Positions 7,965 through 17,364 of a DNA stretch of 31,156 nt are shown one piece after another. Origin of the DNA: Vulcanimicrobiota bacterium (GTDB lineage: Bacteria > Vulcanimicrobiota > Vulcanimicrobiia > Vulcanimicrobiales > Vulcanimicrobiaceae); contig PLCF01000054.1 of the NCBI GenBank assembly GCA_003135555.1, positions 96,049 to 127,204 of the forward strand. The letters are read 5' to 3'. How positions within the stretch are numbered: position 1 is the first letter of the stretch; each line of letters opens with the position of its first letter. Under the pieces are notes generated by a model. It was given only the letters and a program-made list of their open reading frames with translations. It made no database searches and was not told the DNA's origin. The position numbers were made by a program, and so were the translations under genes.

Positions 7965-8510
7965 GTGACCGCCCGATCGATCCTCGTCGTGGCCGGCGTC
8001 GCGGCCGCTACGGCGCTGGCGTCGGCGCCGGCCGGCGCGACGAAGATCTGCGCCTACGCCATGCCTTCGGAGATGCTCGACAAGGTCTATTCGGGCACCG
8101 CCCGGGCCGGCCAGCCGTTTCGGTTCAAGATCGTCGCACCGGTGCAGCTCGACGACGGGACCAAGGTGCCGGCCGGAACGCTCGGCTACGGCGTGATTCG
8201 CGCCGCGAGCGCAGCGGGGCGCCACAACCACGACGGAATGCTGTCGCTCGAGCCGCGCTACCTGGTGGTCACCAAGGCCGCCGGCGGCGCCGAGCGGGTC
8301 CCGGTCACCATGAACCCCACGCTGCCGGTCGCGTGGACACCCAGCGAACCGCTGCTCAACAAAGCGGCCTCGCACGTTCCGCTGCCCGTCCCCGGAATCA
8401 TCATGACCGGTGTGAACACCGTGCGTTGGGGCCGCAACATCACGCTCGGTCCGGGCTTTACCTTCACGGTGCTGCCGGTCGACAATCTGGCGCACGGGCC
8501 CATCTGCTGA
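7965..8510 (+). CDS. Secreted hypothetical protein, TrbI/VirB10-like beta domain
   Basis: Signal-peptide-like N-terminus from GTG 7965; pattern SGTARAGQPF...PV.L..G..VPAGT..YGVI...G.LSL and terminal GRNITLGPG resembles VirB10-like domains (recognition only). Confidence 0.55.
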   Translation: MTARSILVVAGVAAATALASAPAGATKICAYAMPSEMLDKVYSGTARAGQPFRFKIVAPVQLDDGTKVPAGTLGYGVIRAASAAGRHNHDGMLSLEPRYLVVTKAAGGAERVPVTMNPTLPVAWTPSEPLLNKAASHVPLPVPGIIMTGVNTVRWGRNITLGPGFTFTVLPVDNLAHGPIC

Positions 8511-8521
8511 CGCTGCGGCGG

Positions 8522-9364
8522 GTGGTGAAGTTTGCCGCCCTCGCGCTCGCGTCGATCGCGGTGCTCGCGTTTCTCGCGCTCGCCATCGGTGCGCCGGTAC
8601 CGATCGGTGAAGCGCAACTGCTCCAGCCGCCAATGCGACCGCCGCTGTCGGCCTGGCAGCGGTCCGGCGTCGAGACGTTCCAAGTACGCGCCGCAGATGG
8701 GACCCCGCTGCGCGGCTGGATTCTGCGCGAGGGGCGAGCCGCGCCCTGGCTGCTGATGAACTACGGCAACGCCGGCAGCATGCCGAGCATGCTAGGCCTG
8801 GCACGCTGGTTCGCGCACCGGCTGGGCGCGAACGTCGTGCTCTGGGACTATCGCGGTTACGGTTTCTCGGGCGGACGGACCGACGCGCTTGCGGCGCGCG
8901 ACGACGCCCTCGTGCTGTACGATGCGGTGCGTGCGCGCAGCCGCCGTGCACCGTTCGTGTACGGCCTCTCGTACGGCACGACGCTGGCTGTGCACATCGC
9001 GGCCCAGCGCCCGGTGCGCGGCCTGATCTTGCAGGCGCCGCCTTCGGACGCAACCACGGCGATGCTCGCGATCCGCGATCGTTCCGTGCCCTGGCCGCTT
9101 AACCGGCTGCGGCCGGTTGCGTCACGCTCGGTGCGCGTCGCGCTCGACGAAGCGCGCGAAATCGTGAACGTTCGCGCGCCCCTGCTCGTGCTGCATGGCG
9201 ATGCCGACACGCTGATCCCGATCGCGCAAGGGCGGGCGGTCGAACGCGCCGCCGCTTCACGCGACAAAACGTTCGTGGTGATCCGCGGAGCGCGTCATAC
9301 CGACGTGTTCTACGCCGGCACGCCGGCCGGCGCTGCGATCGCTACGTTCGTGCGCTCACACTGA
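8522..9364 (+). CDS. Alpha/beta hydrolase with N-terminal signal or anchor
   Basis: DYRGYGFSGG, nucleophile elbow GLSYG, LHGDADTLIP, GARH; start at 8522 or 8525 uncertain. Confidence 0.85.
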   Translation: MVKFAALALASIAVLAFLALAIGAPVPIGEAQLLQPPMRPPLSAWQRSGVETFQVRAADGTPLRGWILREGRAAPWLLMNYGNAGSMPSMLGLARWFAHRLGANVVLWDYRGYGFSGGRTDALAARDDALVLYDAVRARSRRAPFVYGLSYGTTLAVHIAAQRPVRGLILQAPPSDATTAMLAIRDRSVPWPLNRLRPVASRSVRVALDEAREIVNVRAPLLVLHGDADTLIPIAQGRAVERAAASRDKTFVVIRGARHTDVFYAGTPAGAAIATFVRSH

Positions 9365-9370
9365 CGCGCG

Positions 9371-9820
9371 CTATTTGATCCCGAGCAGCTCGACGTCGAA
9401 GTTCAGCGTCGCGTTGGGTGGGATTGCGCCCGGGTAGCCTTTCGCGCCGTAGGCGAGTTGCGGCGGACAGACCAGCTTGCGGCGGCCGCCGACGCGCATC
9501 GTCGCGACGGCCTCGTTCCAACAGCGGATGACCTTGCCGCCGAGCACGAACTCGAACGGCTTGCCGCGGTCGCGCGAGCTGTCGAACTTCTTGCCGCCGG
9601 GAAACGTCCCGGTGTAGTGCACGACCGCGGTCTGGCCGATTCTGGGGCGGGCTCCCGTTCCGACTCTAAGATCGGTGTATTTCAAGCCGTCGGGCAGGGT
9701 GACGGTCTTGGGCGCGACGGTCTTCATCGCGGACGTTTTGTACGACACGTCCGTCGCGGCGACTGCTGGGAGCGGCGCGGCAAACAGCAGCGCGAGGGTG
9801 AGCGGGAGAGGACGAAGCAT
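9371..9820 (-). CDS. Secreted FKBP-type peptidyl-prolyl isomerase
   Basis: Signal peptide, [42 protein letters not shown]. Confidence 0.93.
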   Translation of the reverse strand: MLRPLPLTLALLFAAPLPAVAATDVSYKTSAMKTVAPKTVTLPDGLKYTDLRVGTGARPRIGQTAVVHYTGTFPGGKKFDSSRDRGKPFEFVLGGKVIRCWNEAVATMRVGGRRKLVCPPQLAYGAKGYPGAIPPNATLNFDVELLGIK

Positions 9821-9874
9821 GGCGTCGACTTCGGCGGCGCAAGGCGGAAGCCGTTCTCGCACGAACCACGCGCC

Positions 9875-10180
9875 GTGGAGCACACGGTCGCGAAAAAAGA
9901 CGAGATCCCGCCTGGGACGACCAAGCGGGTCGAACTCGACGGCCTGGCGGTCCTGGTCTGCAACGTCGAGGGCACGTTCTACGCAATCGAGGACGTGTGC
10001 ACCCACGACGGCGGCCCGCTCGATCAAGGCGAGCTCGAAGGCTGCCGGATCATGTGCCCCCGGCACGGCGCGATATTCGACGTGACGACGGGAGCGGCGC
10101 TGACCCTTCCGGCCGTCGTGCCGCTGGTAACCTATGCCGTGCGGGCCGCCGGCGACGAGGTCCTCGTCGACCCCGCCTGA
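9875..10180 (+). CDS. Rieske [2Fe-2S] ferredoxin
   Basis: CTH...CPRHGAIFD motifs; GTG start at 9875. Confidence 0.92.
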   Translation: MEHTVAKKDEIPPGTTKRVELDGLAVLVCNVEGTFYAIEDVCTHDGGPLDQGELEGCRIMCPRHGAIFDVTTGAALTLPAVVPLVTYAVRAAGDEVLVDPA

Positions 10181-10276
10181 CGCCCCCGCTAGCCACGAGG
10201 GGCGTACGCCACGTCCCCTCGGCGCACCGTTTGTCGAACGACACGGCTGGGGCGGGCAGCGTACGATCGCTCCATC

Positions 10277-11077
10277 ATGCCGACGAGGTTCCTGGTCTGC
10301 CCGCCCCCACACGACGATCCGGTATCGGACGCGCCGCGTCAATGGGACCGCTTCATCGAGCTCGTCGGCTGCCTCGGTGACGTCGAGCTCGTCCGCGTCG
10401 ACCCGCCGGCGCGCAGCGAGCAGATCGCTTTTACCGCCAACGCCGCGCTGATGGTCGGCAACCTGGCGATCGTGGCGAGCTTCCGCCGCGCCGAACGGCG
10501 CCGCGAGCAGCCGGTCTACCGCGCCGCCCTGGCACGCGCCGGCTACGCCACGACGTTCTTGCGCCAAACCTACTTCGAAGGCGCCGGCGACGCGCTCTTC
10601 GACCGCGTGCGGCCGTTGTTGTACGCGGGATACGGCTGGCGCACCGAGCGCGGCGCAACGATGCAGCTCCAAGAGATCGTCGGCTGCCGCGTCCTGCCGC
10701 TGTTGCTGGCCGACGAACGGTTCTCCCATCTCGACGGCGCGCTGTGTCCGCTCTCGAGCGGGCACGTCATGGCCTACATGGAGGCCTTCTCACCGCACGC
10801 GCAGACGCTGCTGCGCCGCGCGATCGAGCCCGGTTATCTGATCGAAGTCTCGGTCGACGACGCGCTGCGCTTCGCGTGCAACGCGCTCGAGATCGGCGAC
10901 GCAGTGGTAATGCACGACTGCTCGCGGCGGTTGCGCGATCGCCTCCACGACGCCGGCTACCGCGTGTTCTGCACCGAGCTCACCGAGTTCATCAAGTCCG
11001 GCGCGAGCGCGAAGTGCCTGACCTTGCGTCTTGACGACGGACCCGTCGCCGTGATGCCGGCGGCCGCAACCGCCTAA
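10277..11077 (+). CDS. Amidinotransferase / dimethylarginine dimethylaminohydrolase (pentein) family protein
   Basis: RFLVCPP, FTANAA, FEGAGD, HLD, FACN, terminal SAKCLTL with catalytic Cys. Confidence 0.85.
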   Translation: MPTRFLVCPPPHDDPVSDAPRQWDRFIELVGCLGDVELVRVDPPARSEQIAFTANAALMVGNLAIVASFRRAERRREQPVYRAALARAGYATTFLRQTYFEGAGDALFDRVRPLLYAGYGWRTERGATMQLQEIVGCRVLPLLLADERFSHLDGALCPLSSGHVMAYMEAFSPHAQTLLRRAIEPGYLIEVSVDDALRFACNALEIGDAVVMHDCSRRLRDRLHDAGYRVFCTELTEFIKSGASAKCLTLRLDDGPVAVMPAAATA

Positions 11078-11655
11078 GCGCCGCGAGCGCGCGCTTCGGC
11101 CGCCGACCACGCCTCCGGCGTGTCGACGTCGCTGACGTACGCACCGTCGTCGGCGTCGAGCGCGACGGTGCGCAGCGCCGGATCGCGGCGGACGCGCAGC
11201 GGCGGCTCGCCGGCGCGCAGCGACGCGATCAGCGCACGCGCTTTCGGCGACCAGATGACCGGGTGCCCCGGCGTATCGTTCACGACCGGCCAGGCGAGGT
11301 CGGCATCGTCCGGGACGCGCGCGACGAACGCGCGCACCAGCCGCGCATCCAAAAACGGCAAGTCGCACGGCAGCACCGCGAGGTAGGCCGCCGGCGGGAT
11401 CGCGGCGTGGGCGAGTGCGAGCGTCACGCTGGGTCCGGCGGTCGGTTCGGTCACGACGACCTGCACGCCGCGCTGATCGGAGACGACGCCGGCGACGCTC
11501 GGGGTGGCGACGAACAGCGGCTCGAGCTCGCCCAGCGCGCGTGCAACCCGCCGCGCGAGCGGCTCGCCGTCGAACAATGCGGTCAGCTTGTCGAAACCCA
11601 TGCGCTGCGAGCGGCCGCCTGCGAGGACGACCGTTCGCACGCGTCCGATCTCCAC
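11074..11655 (-). CDS. Molybdenum cofactor nucleotidyltransferase (MocA/MobA family)
   Basis: LAGGRSQRMGFDK, PCDLPF, GHPV, DVDTPE; last gene of the Mo-enzyme operon. Confidence 0.85.
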   Translation of the reverse strand: MEIGRVRTVVLAGGRSQRMGFDKLTALFDGEPLARRVARALGELEPLFVATPSVAGVVSDQRGVQVVVTEPTAGPSVTLALAHAAIPPAAYLAVLPCDLPFLDARLVRAFVARVPDDADLAWPVVNDTPGHPVIWSPKARALIASLRAGEPPLRVRRDPALRTVALDADDGAYVSDVDTPEAWSAAEARARGA

Positions 11656-11658
11656 CCG

Positions 11659-13911
11659 CTAGCCGGCCGCCGGCCCCGCGCCCAGCAGCTTCTCGGGGAC
11701 GATCGGCAAGTCTCGCACTCGGACCCCGGTCGCATGGTAGACCGCGTTGGCGATCGCGGCCGCGACGCCGGTGATCCCGATCTCGCCGACGCCGCGCGCG
11801 CCCAACGAGTTGAACGCCAGGTCGGGCTCTTCGACGAAGAGCACGTCGATGTCGGGAACGTCCGCGTTGACCGGAACGTGGTAGTCGGCGAGGTTGTTGG
11901 TAACGACCGCGCCGTAGCGCGGATCGCGAACCGTCTCCTCGAGCATCGCCATCCCGATCCCCCAGACGATCCCGCCGATCATCTGCGAGCGCGCCGTCTT
12001 CGGATTGAGGATCCGACCGCAATCGAACACGCCCAACGCGCGCGACACGCGCAGGCGCGCCAGCTCCTCATCAAATCGCACTTCGACGAACTGCGCTCCG
12101 AAGGAGTAGAACGAGAGCCGCTCGTCCTCGTCGCCCGGCGCCGCGCTGCCCAGCGCTTCGATCGCTCCGCTCCCGCCCAGCCGCACGAGGTCCGCGTACG
12201 TCACTGCGCGCGACGGATCGGCTTTGGAACGCAGGGCTCCGTCGCGCGCTTCGACGTCGCGCTCGGGCAAACCGTGCAGCGCCGACTCTCCGCTCGAGGT
12301 GGCGATCGCGACGGCCTCGTGATACGCCCGACGCGCGGCATCCTGCACCGCGGGCCCGACGCTGGCGGAACTCATCGAGCCGCCGGCGACCGGGGCGACC
12401 GGAAATGAGGAGTCCCCGATGCGTACCCGAATTGCGCGCGGGTCGACGCCCAGTTCATCGGCCGCGATCTGGGCGAGAATCGTGTACATTCCCGTGCCGA
12501 GATCGTGCGTCGCGCTGGCCACGTCGACCAGTCCGTCGGTGCTCAGCGTTACGCGCGCTTGCGCAGGCGACCGCAGCGCCGGATAGGTAGCAGTCGCGAC
12601 GCCCCAACCGACGAGCTCGCCGCCCTCGCGCCACGCGCGCGGCGCTTTTGGCCGCGCGCTCCAACCGAACGCCTCCGCGCCGCGTTCGTAACACGCGAGC
12701 AGCTGCTTCGAAGAGAACGGCAAACCGCTGGATCGGTCGACGGCGGCATCATTGCGGCGCAACACGTCGAGCGGATCCAGGCCGCACGCGTAGGCGAGCT
12801 CGTCGAGCGCGGAGCCCAAGGCGTACGTCCCCGGCGCTTTGCCGGGTGCGCGCATCGCGGTCGGCGTGGGAACGTCGAGCCGCGCGACGCGGTGCGTCAC
12901 CGCGATGTTCGGGACGTCGTACAGCATTGTCGTCACGGCGCCGGCGGATTCGACGAACATCCCGACTCGCGACGACTCGGCGAGCACGTCATGGAGGATC
13001 GCCCGCAACCGGCCCTCGCGCGAAGCGCCGATGCGCACGCGCTGCCGCGTTTCACTGCGGTACCCGCACGAGGTGAACATCTGCTCGCGGGTGAGCACCA
13101 GCTTCACCGGCCGGTTCGTTACCTTCGCCGCCATCGCCGCGATCAGCGGATGCGGCCAGAAAAAGCCCTTGCAACCGAAGCCGCCGCCGAGGTACGGCGA
13201 GATGACGCGCACCTTCTCTTCGTCGAGCTCGAAGCTCTTGGCCAGTACGGCTCGCGTCCCGCGCACCCACTGCGTCGCGTCGTACACGGTCAGCTCGCCG
13301 TCGCGCCACTCCGCGACCGTCACCGACGGCTCGAGCGGGTTGTGGGTCTCCGCGGGCGTGGTGTAGGTCGCGTCGACCCGCACGGCGGCAGCGTTGTACG
13401 CGCGCTCGGGATCGCCGCGGCGCGGCTGCGCGTCGTCGCCGAACCACTGCTCGGGATGTTCGATCGTGCGCGCCGTATCGAGCGAGACCTCCGCTTCGCG
13501 GCGTTCGTATCCGATGCGCAACAGCGTCGCGCCGGCGCGCGCCGCCTCGAAGGTCTCGGCGATCACCACCGCCACGTGCTGCCCGTCGTAGGCAATCGCA
13601 TCGCTTTGCAGCGGCGCCAGCTCTTCGGTGACGGGTGTGGTAAAGTCAAACGACAGCACGGGCACGCGCGGCGCGTTGCGATAGGTGAGCACTTCGACGA
13701 CGCCCGCCAGGTTGCGCGCGGCGCTCTCGTCGATGGCGGCGATGCGCCCGCACGGAATCGTCGACTGGACGATCGCCGCGTGCAGCGGCGCGGCGATCGG
13801 CGCGTCGGCGGCGTAGCGCGCAGCGCCGGTGACCTTGGCGTGGCCGTCGATGCGGTCGAGCGGCTGTCCGACCGCGCGCAGCGCGGCAACTGCTTCGATG
13901 ACCGTGCTCAT
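11659..13911 (-). CDS. Xanthine dehydrogenase family molybdopterin-binding subunit (PaoC/YagR-like)
   Basis: RIDGHAKVTGAARY, HNPLEP, GGGFGCK, MRAPG, HDLGTG, SQMIGG, GARGVGEIG; ATG at 13911 overlaps upstream stop. Confidence 0.93.
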   Translation of the reverse strand: MSTVIEAVAALRAVGQPLDRIDGHAKVTGAARYAADAPIAAPLHAAIVQSTIPCGRIAAIDESAARNLAGVVEVLTYRNAPRVPVLSFDFTTPVTEELAPLQSDAIAYDGQHVAVVIAETFEAARAGATLLRIGYERREAEVSLDTARTIEHPEQWFGDDAQPRRGDPERAYNAAAVRVDATYTTPAETHNPLEPSVTVAEWRDGELTVYDATQWVRGTRAVLAKSFELDEEKVRVISPYLGGGFGCKGFFWPHPLIAAMAAKVTNRPVKLVLTREQMFTSCGYRSETRQRVRIGASREGRLRAILHDVLAESSRVGMFVESAGAVTTMLYDVPNIAVTHRVARLDVPTPTAMRAPGKAPGTYALGSALDELAYACGLDPLDVLRRNDAAVDRSSGLPFSSKQLLACYERGAEAFGWSARPKAPRAWREGGELVGWGVATATYPALRSPAQARVTLSTDGLVDVASATHDLGTGMYTILAQIAADELGVDPRAIRVRIGDSSFPVAPVAGGSMSSASVGPAVQDAARRAYHEAVAIATSSGESALHGLPERDVEARDGALRSKADPSRAVTYADLVRLGGSGAIEALGSAAPGDEDERLSFYSFGAQFVEVRFDEELARLRVSRALGVFDCGRILNPKTARSQMIGGIVWGIGMAMLEETVRDPRYGAVVTNNLADYHVPVNADVPDIDVLFVEEPDLAFNSLGARGVGEIGITGVAAAIANAVYHATGVRVRDLPIVPEKLLGAGPAAG

Positions 13912-14894
13912 GCGCCGGTACCGCACGCGCTGCGCAGGGCGCGCACGATCGCACGCTGCGCGAGCTCGACTTTGTAGGCGTTGTGCGCGCGGGTGCGCGC
14001 GCCCGTCAGCGCCGTTTCGGCGGCGCGGCGAAACGCGGCCTCGCCGGGCGGCGCACCGGTGAGCGCAGCTTCGGCCTCGCGCGCACGCCACGGGACGGTT
14101 CCGACCCCGCCGAGCGCGAGCCGTGCCTGCGCGATGTTCTTGCCGTCGAGCTCCACGGCGCACGCGACGGAGACCAACGCGAACTCGAACGAGGCGCGGT
14201 CACGAATCTTGAGGTAGTGCGACCGCTCGTGCAACCGCTCCGCGCGCAGCTCGACGGCGATGATCAACTCACCCGGGCCGAGCGTGGTCTCGCGTTCGGG
14301 GTGCTCGCCGGGGAGAACGTACAGGTCGTCGAGCGCGATGGTTCGCTCGCCGTCATTGCCCTCGACGACGACGCGCGCCGACAGCGCGCACAGCGCGACG
14401 GCCAGGTCACCGGGGTAGGACGCGATGCAGGAGTCGCTCGTGCCCAAGACGGCGTGACCGCGGTTGAAACCGTCGAGGGCGTCGCAGCCGCTGCCCGGCT
14501 CGCGTTTGTTGCAACGCCAGCGCGTCTCCCGAAAGTAGCTGCAACGCGTGCGCTGCAAGAGGTTCCCGCCGATCGACGCGGCGTTGCGGATCTGCCCCGA
14601 CGCACCGCTGAGCAGCGCTTCGGACACGGCCGGAAAGTGCAGCACGATCCGGGCGTCGTAGGCGACGTCGCTGTTGCGCGCGAGCGCGCCGATCCGCACC
14701 ACGTCGCCGCGCTGTTCGATCGCGGCGAGCGGCAGGCGCGAGATATCGATCACGCGCCGCGGCCGCTCGACGTCGGCTTTCATCAGATCGACCAGCGTCG
14801 TTCCGCCGGCGTAAAAGCGCGCGCCGTCGACCTCGCGCGCTAGCGTCCGCGCCGCCGCGGACGATGCTGCCACCACGTACTCGAACGCACGCAT
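13908..14894 (-). CDS. Xanthine dehydrogenase family FAD-binding subunit (PaoB/YagS-like, 4-Cys insert)
   Basis: AGGTTLVDLMK, ASGQIRNAASIGGNLLQRTRC.YF...CNKR..GSGC...CIA, KIRDRASFEFA. Confidence 0.93.
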   Translation of the reverse strand: MRAFEYVVAASSAAARTLAREVDGARFYAGGTTLVDLMKADVERPRRVIDISRLPLAAIEQRGDVVRIGALARNSDVAYDARIVLHFPAVSEALLSGASGQIRNAASIGGNLLQRTRCSYFRETRWRCNKREPGSGCDALDGFNRGHAVLGTSDSCIASYPGDLAVALCALSARVVVEGNDGERTIALDDLYVLPGEHPERETTLGPGELIIAVELRAERLHERSHYLKIRDRASFEFALVSVACAVELDGKNIAQARLALGGVGTVPWRAREAEAALTGAPPGEAAFRRAAETALTGARTRAHNAYKVELAQRAIVRALRSACGTGA

Positions 14895-15394
14895 CAGCGC
14901 GCCCGCTGCACGGCGGCGATCGCCGCGACGATGTTCGGGTACGCGCCGCAGCGGCAGAGGTTGCCGCTCATGGCCTCGCGGATCTCGTCGCCCGTGCGCG
15001 CGTGGCCTTCGGAGATCGCGCCGACCGCCGACAGGATCTGTCCCGGGGTGCAGAAGCCGCACTGAAAGGCGTCGTGCTCGACGAAAGCCGCTTGCACCGG
15101 GTGGAGCTCGCTGCCGGCTGCCAACCCCTCGATCGTCGTGATCGCGTCGCCCGCGTGCGCCAGGGCGAGGGCAAGGCATGAGAGCGTCCGGCGCCCGTTC
15201 ACGAGCACCGTGCACGTTCCGCACTGTCCGCGATCGCAGCCCTTCTTGCTCCCCGTCAACCCGGCGCGCTCGCGAAGCAAGTCGAGCAGCGTCACGTCGG
15301 GTTCGACGGCGAAGGTCGCTTCGCGGCCGTTCAGGCGCAGGGTCAGCTGCACGGCGGGCTGCGCCGGTGCAGCCGGTCGTTCGGTGGTCGGCAC
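14894..15394 (-). CDS. 2x[2Fe-2S] subunit (PaoA/YagT-like, no Tat signal)
   Basis: KKGCDRGQCGTCTV, QCGFCTPG, GNLCRCGAY. Confidence 0.93.
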   Translation of the reverse strand: MPTTERPAAPAQPAVQLTLRLNGREATFAVEPDVTLLDLLRERAGLTGSKKGCDRGQCGTCTVLVNGRRTLSCLALALAHAGDAITTIEGLAAGSELHPVQAAFVEHDAFQCGFCTPGQILSAVGAISEGHARTGDEIREAMSGNLCRCGAYPNIVAAIAAVQRAR

Positions 15395-15457
15395 GGTGGT
15401 TCACCCTCGGGCGCGTTGGACGAGGGTCCTACGGCCTCAAAGAGGCGACATCCCGCG

Positions 15458-15487
15458 TTGACGGTCCGCCCGAGGGCGTGATAAGGT
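15458..15487 (+). promoter_or_regulatory. Promoter for rplU
   Basis: TTGACG (15458-15463), 18 bp spacer, TG-extended TAAGGT (15482-15487). Confidence 0.55.
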
Positions 15488-15496
15488 TCCCAGGTT

Positions 15497-15811
15497 ATGT
15501 ACGCGATCGTTGAGACCGGCGGCAAGCAGTTCCGCGTGTCCGAAGGCGACATCATCCGGACCGATCTCATCGAGACCGAGGTCGGTGCCTCGGTGACGTT
15601 CGACCGTATCGTGCTGGCCGCCAATGGCGACGCTGTGAGCATCGGGACCCCGGTGGTGAGCGGCGCGACCGTGACCGGGACCGTGCTGCGTCAGGCCAAG
15701 GACAAGAAGATCCTGGTCTTCCGGTACAAGTCCAAGAAGCGCATTCGCACGCTCAACGGGCACCGCCAGCGGTTCGCCGAGGTCCGGATCGACAAGATCT
15801 CGCTCGCCTGA
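15497..15811 (+). CDS. rplU: 50S ribosomal protein L21
   Basis: MYAIVETGGKQFRV...KKILVFRYK.KK...GHRQ. Confidence 0.97.
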   Translation: MYAIVETGGKQFRVSEGDIIRTDLIETEVGASVTFDRIVLAANGDAVSIGTPVVSGATVTGTVLRQAKDKKILVFRYKSKKRIRTLNGHRQRFAEVRIDKISLA

Positions 15812-15822
15812 ACGGCGACGCG

Positions 15823-16149
15823 GTGCTGGAGGTTCGATTCCGACGAGACAGCCGCGAGCGGCTGTCTTCTGTTTTGTGCAGCGGTCACGCCGGGCACGCC
15901 GCGAAGATGGAAGACGTCATCTGCGGCTCCGTTTCGGCGCTGCTCCAAGCGGCCTGGGTCGGCCTGACCGATGTCGCAGGCGTCGAGGTCACGGGGCGGC
16001 GGCGCAGCGGCGACTTCGAGATGCGCTGGCCCGAAGCGGCGCGCGACCGCGACGACGTCCACGCGATCGTCGCCACCGCGGAGCTCGCGGTCGAGCAGAT
16101 CGCGAAACAATATGGAACTTGGGTGCGGTACGTTCGCGAACCGGAGTAA
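15823..16149 (+). CDS. prp: Ribosomal-processing cysteine protease Prp
   Basis: SGHAG...DVICGSVSAL His/Cys dyad, IAKQY near C-terminus, canonical position after rplU. Confidence 0.88.
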   Translation: MLEVRFRRDSRERLSSVLCSGHAGHAAKMEDVICGSVSALLQAAWVGLTDVAGVEVTGRRRSGDFEMRWPEAARDRDDVHAIVATAELAVEQIAKQYGTWVRYVREPE

Positions 16150-16191
16150 TTGGGAGAATCCGGGTACACCGGCGACGAAAGGAACCCCACG

Positions 16192-16437
16192 ATGACGGAT
16201 ACCACCAAACCCATCAACGGCGAGATCCTCAGCGACAAGACGCCCCGTCCCAGCGAAGCGGGGTCGCCCGAGGCCGGCCGCACCGTCCTCGTGGGCGTGC
16301 TGGGCGGGATCATCTCGGCCGCCGGTTACTTGGTCTACCAGCGCCTGCCCGACGAGCAGAAAGAGCGCCTCCACCGCCAAGTGCGCGGCGTCCTCGAACA
16401 GCGCATCAACGAGCTCCGCAGCAACTTTAATCTATAG
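16192..16437 (+). CDS. Small single-TM hypothetical protein
   Basis: RBS AAGGA before ATG 16192; hydrophobic VLVGVLGGIISAAGYLVY followed by a charged helix. Confidence 0.75.
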   Translation: MTDTTKPINGEILSDKTPRPSEAGSPEAGRTVLVGVLGGIISAAGYLVYQRLPDEQKERLHRQVRGVLEQRINELRSNFNL

Positions 16438-16460
16438 CCCCGGCGGGCACCGCCAGCTAC

Positions 16461-16946
16461 GTGCTGGGCCCGGTTGCTGCTTCGATCGTTCTGGCGTACG
16501 CCTCGGCACTTCGGGCCTTTGATCCCGGCTTGGACGGCGCGACCGCGGCCCGGCTCGCGGCGCGGGTCATCGCCGAGGCCGATGCCGCGCAGGTCGATGC
16601 CCGGCTGGTCGTAGCGCTCGTCGCCGTCGAATCCGCCTGGAACCCGCGCGCCATCTCGAAAGCCGGCGCACGGGGCCTGGGCCAGCTCATGCCGGCGACG
16701 GCGGCCGGGCTGGGCGTCGACCCGAACGACCCCGGCGCGAACCTGCACGGAACCGTAGTCCACCTGCGGGGGCTGATCGCGCGCTATGCCGCCTTGCCGC
16801 CGCAGCAGCGCTACGCCCGCGCGATCGCGGCCTACAACGCCGGTGCCGGCGCGGTCGAGCGGTACGGCGGGGTACCGCCCTACGCCGAGACCCAGCTAGA
16901 GGTGCGGCGCGTGATCGGCCTGTGGCGCCGGCTCTGCGGCACGTGA
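16461..16946 (+). CDS. Lytic transglycosylase (SLT domain)
   Basis: Motifs VES, GARGLGQLMPAT, AAYNAG, VPPYAET. Confidence 0.9.
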   Translation: MLGPVAASIVLAYASALRAFDPGLDGATAARLAARVIAEADAAQVDARLVVALVAVESAWNPRAISKAGARGLGQLMPATAAGLGVDPNDPGANLHGTVVHLRGLIARYAALPPQQRYARAIAAYNAGAGAVERYGGVPPYAETQLEVRRVIGLWRRLCGT

Positions 16947-17306
16947 GGGCTCGGCACCGAGCGCGGGCCGCGGCTCGGCGAGCTTCTCGGCGACCGTCGG
17001 CGCCGCTTGGGGCTCGTGCTCCCCGACCGGCACCTCGCCGTCGAACGGCAACATCGGATCGTCCACCGCAGCGGCGTGCGCCTCGTACGGTACGGGATCG
17101 TACGGGGTCACCTCCGACGCTTTTGTGACGGCCGCCTCATCCTGCAAGTCGGCGGCGCGCTCCATCTCGCGGATGAAGGATTGCGAGGTGTTCTGGATCT
17201 CGCGCATCACGTTCCCGGCCTTCCGCGCGACGCGGGGAAGCTGTTCGGGGCCGAAAAGCATGAGGGCGGCGACGCCGAGGAGCGCCATGTCCGGTATGGA
17301 GAGCAT
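16896..17306 (-). CDS. Twin-arginine translocase TatA/TatB family subunit
   Basis: N-terminal TM then FGPEQLP, amphipathic helix, acidic Pro/Ala-rich tail. Confidence 0.85.
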   Translation of the reverse strand: MLSIPDMALLGVAALMLFGPEQLPRVARKAGNVMREIQNTSQSFIREMERAADLQDEAAVTKASEVTPYDPVPYEAHAAAVDDPMLPFDGEVPVGEHEPQAAPTVAEKLAEPRPALGAEPSRAAEPAPQADHAPHL

Positions 17307-17364
17307 AGGTCGGAGGGTTTCTTCCCGGTCGCGTGCAACGCGTCATGCCCCGCCGAGCGCAAGG

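Noticed and set aside
16140..16170. GGGTAC as an alternative-sigma (SigB/SigF-like) -10 box for the small membrane protein
   Set aside because: No matching GTTT -35 element at the right spacing.
16896..16946. 51-bp convergent overlap of the SLT and tat genes
   Set aside because: Involves low-complexity C-terminal tails; common in compact GC-rich genomes.
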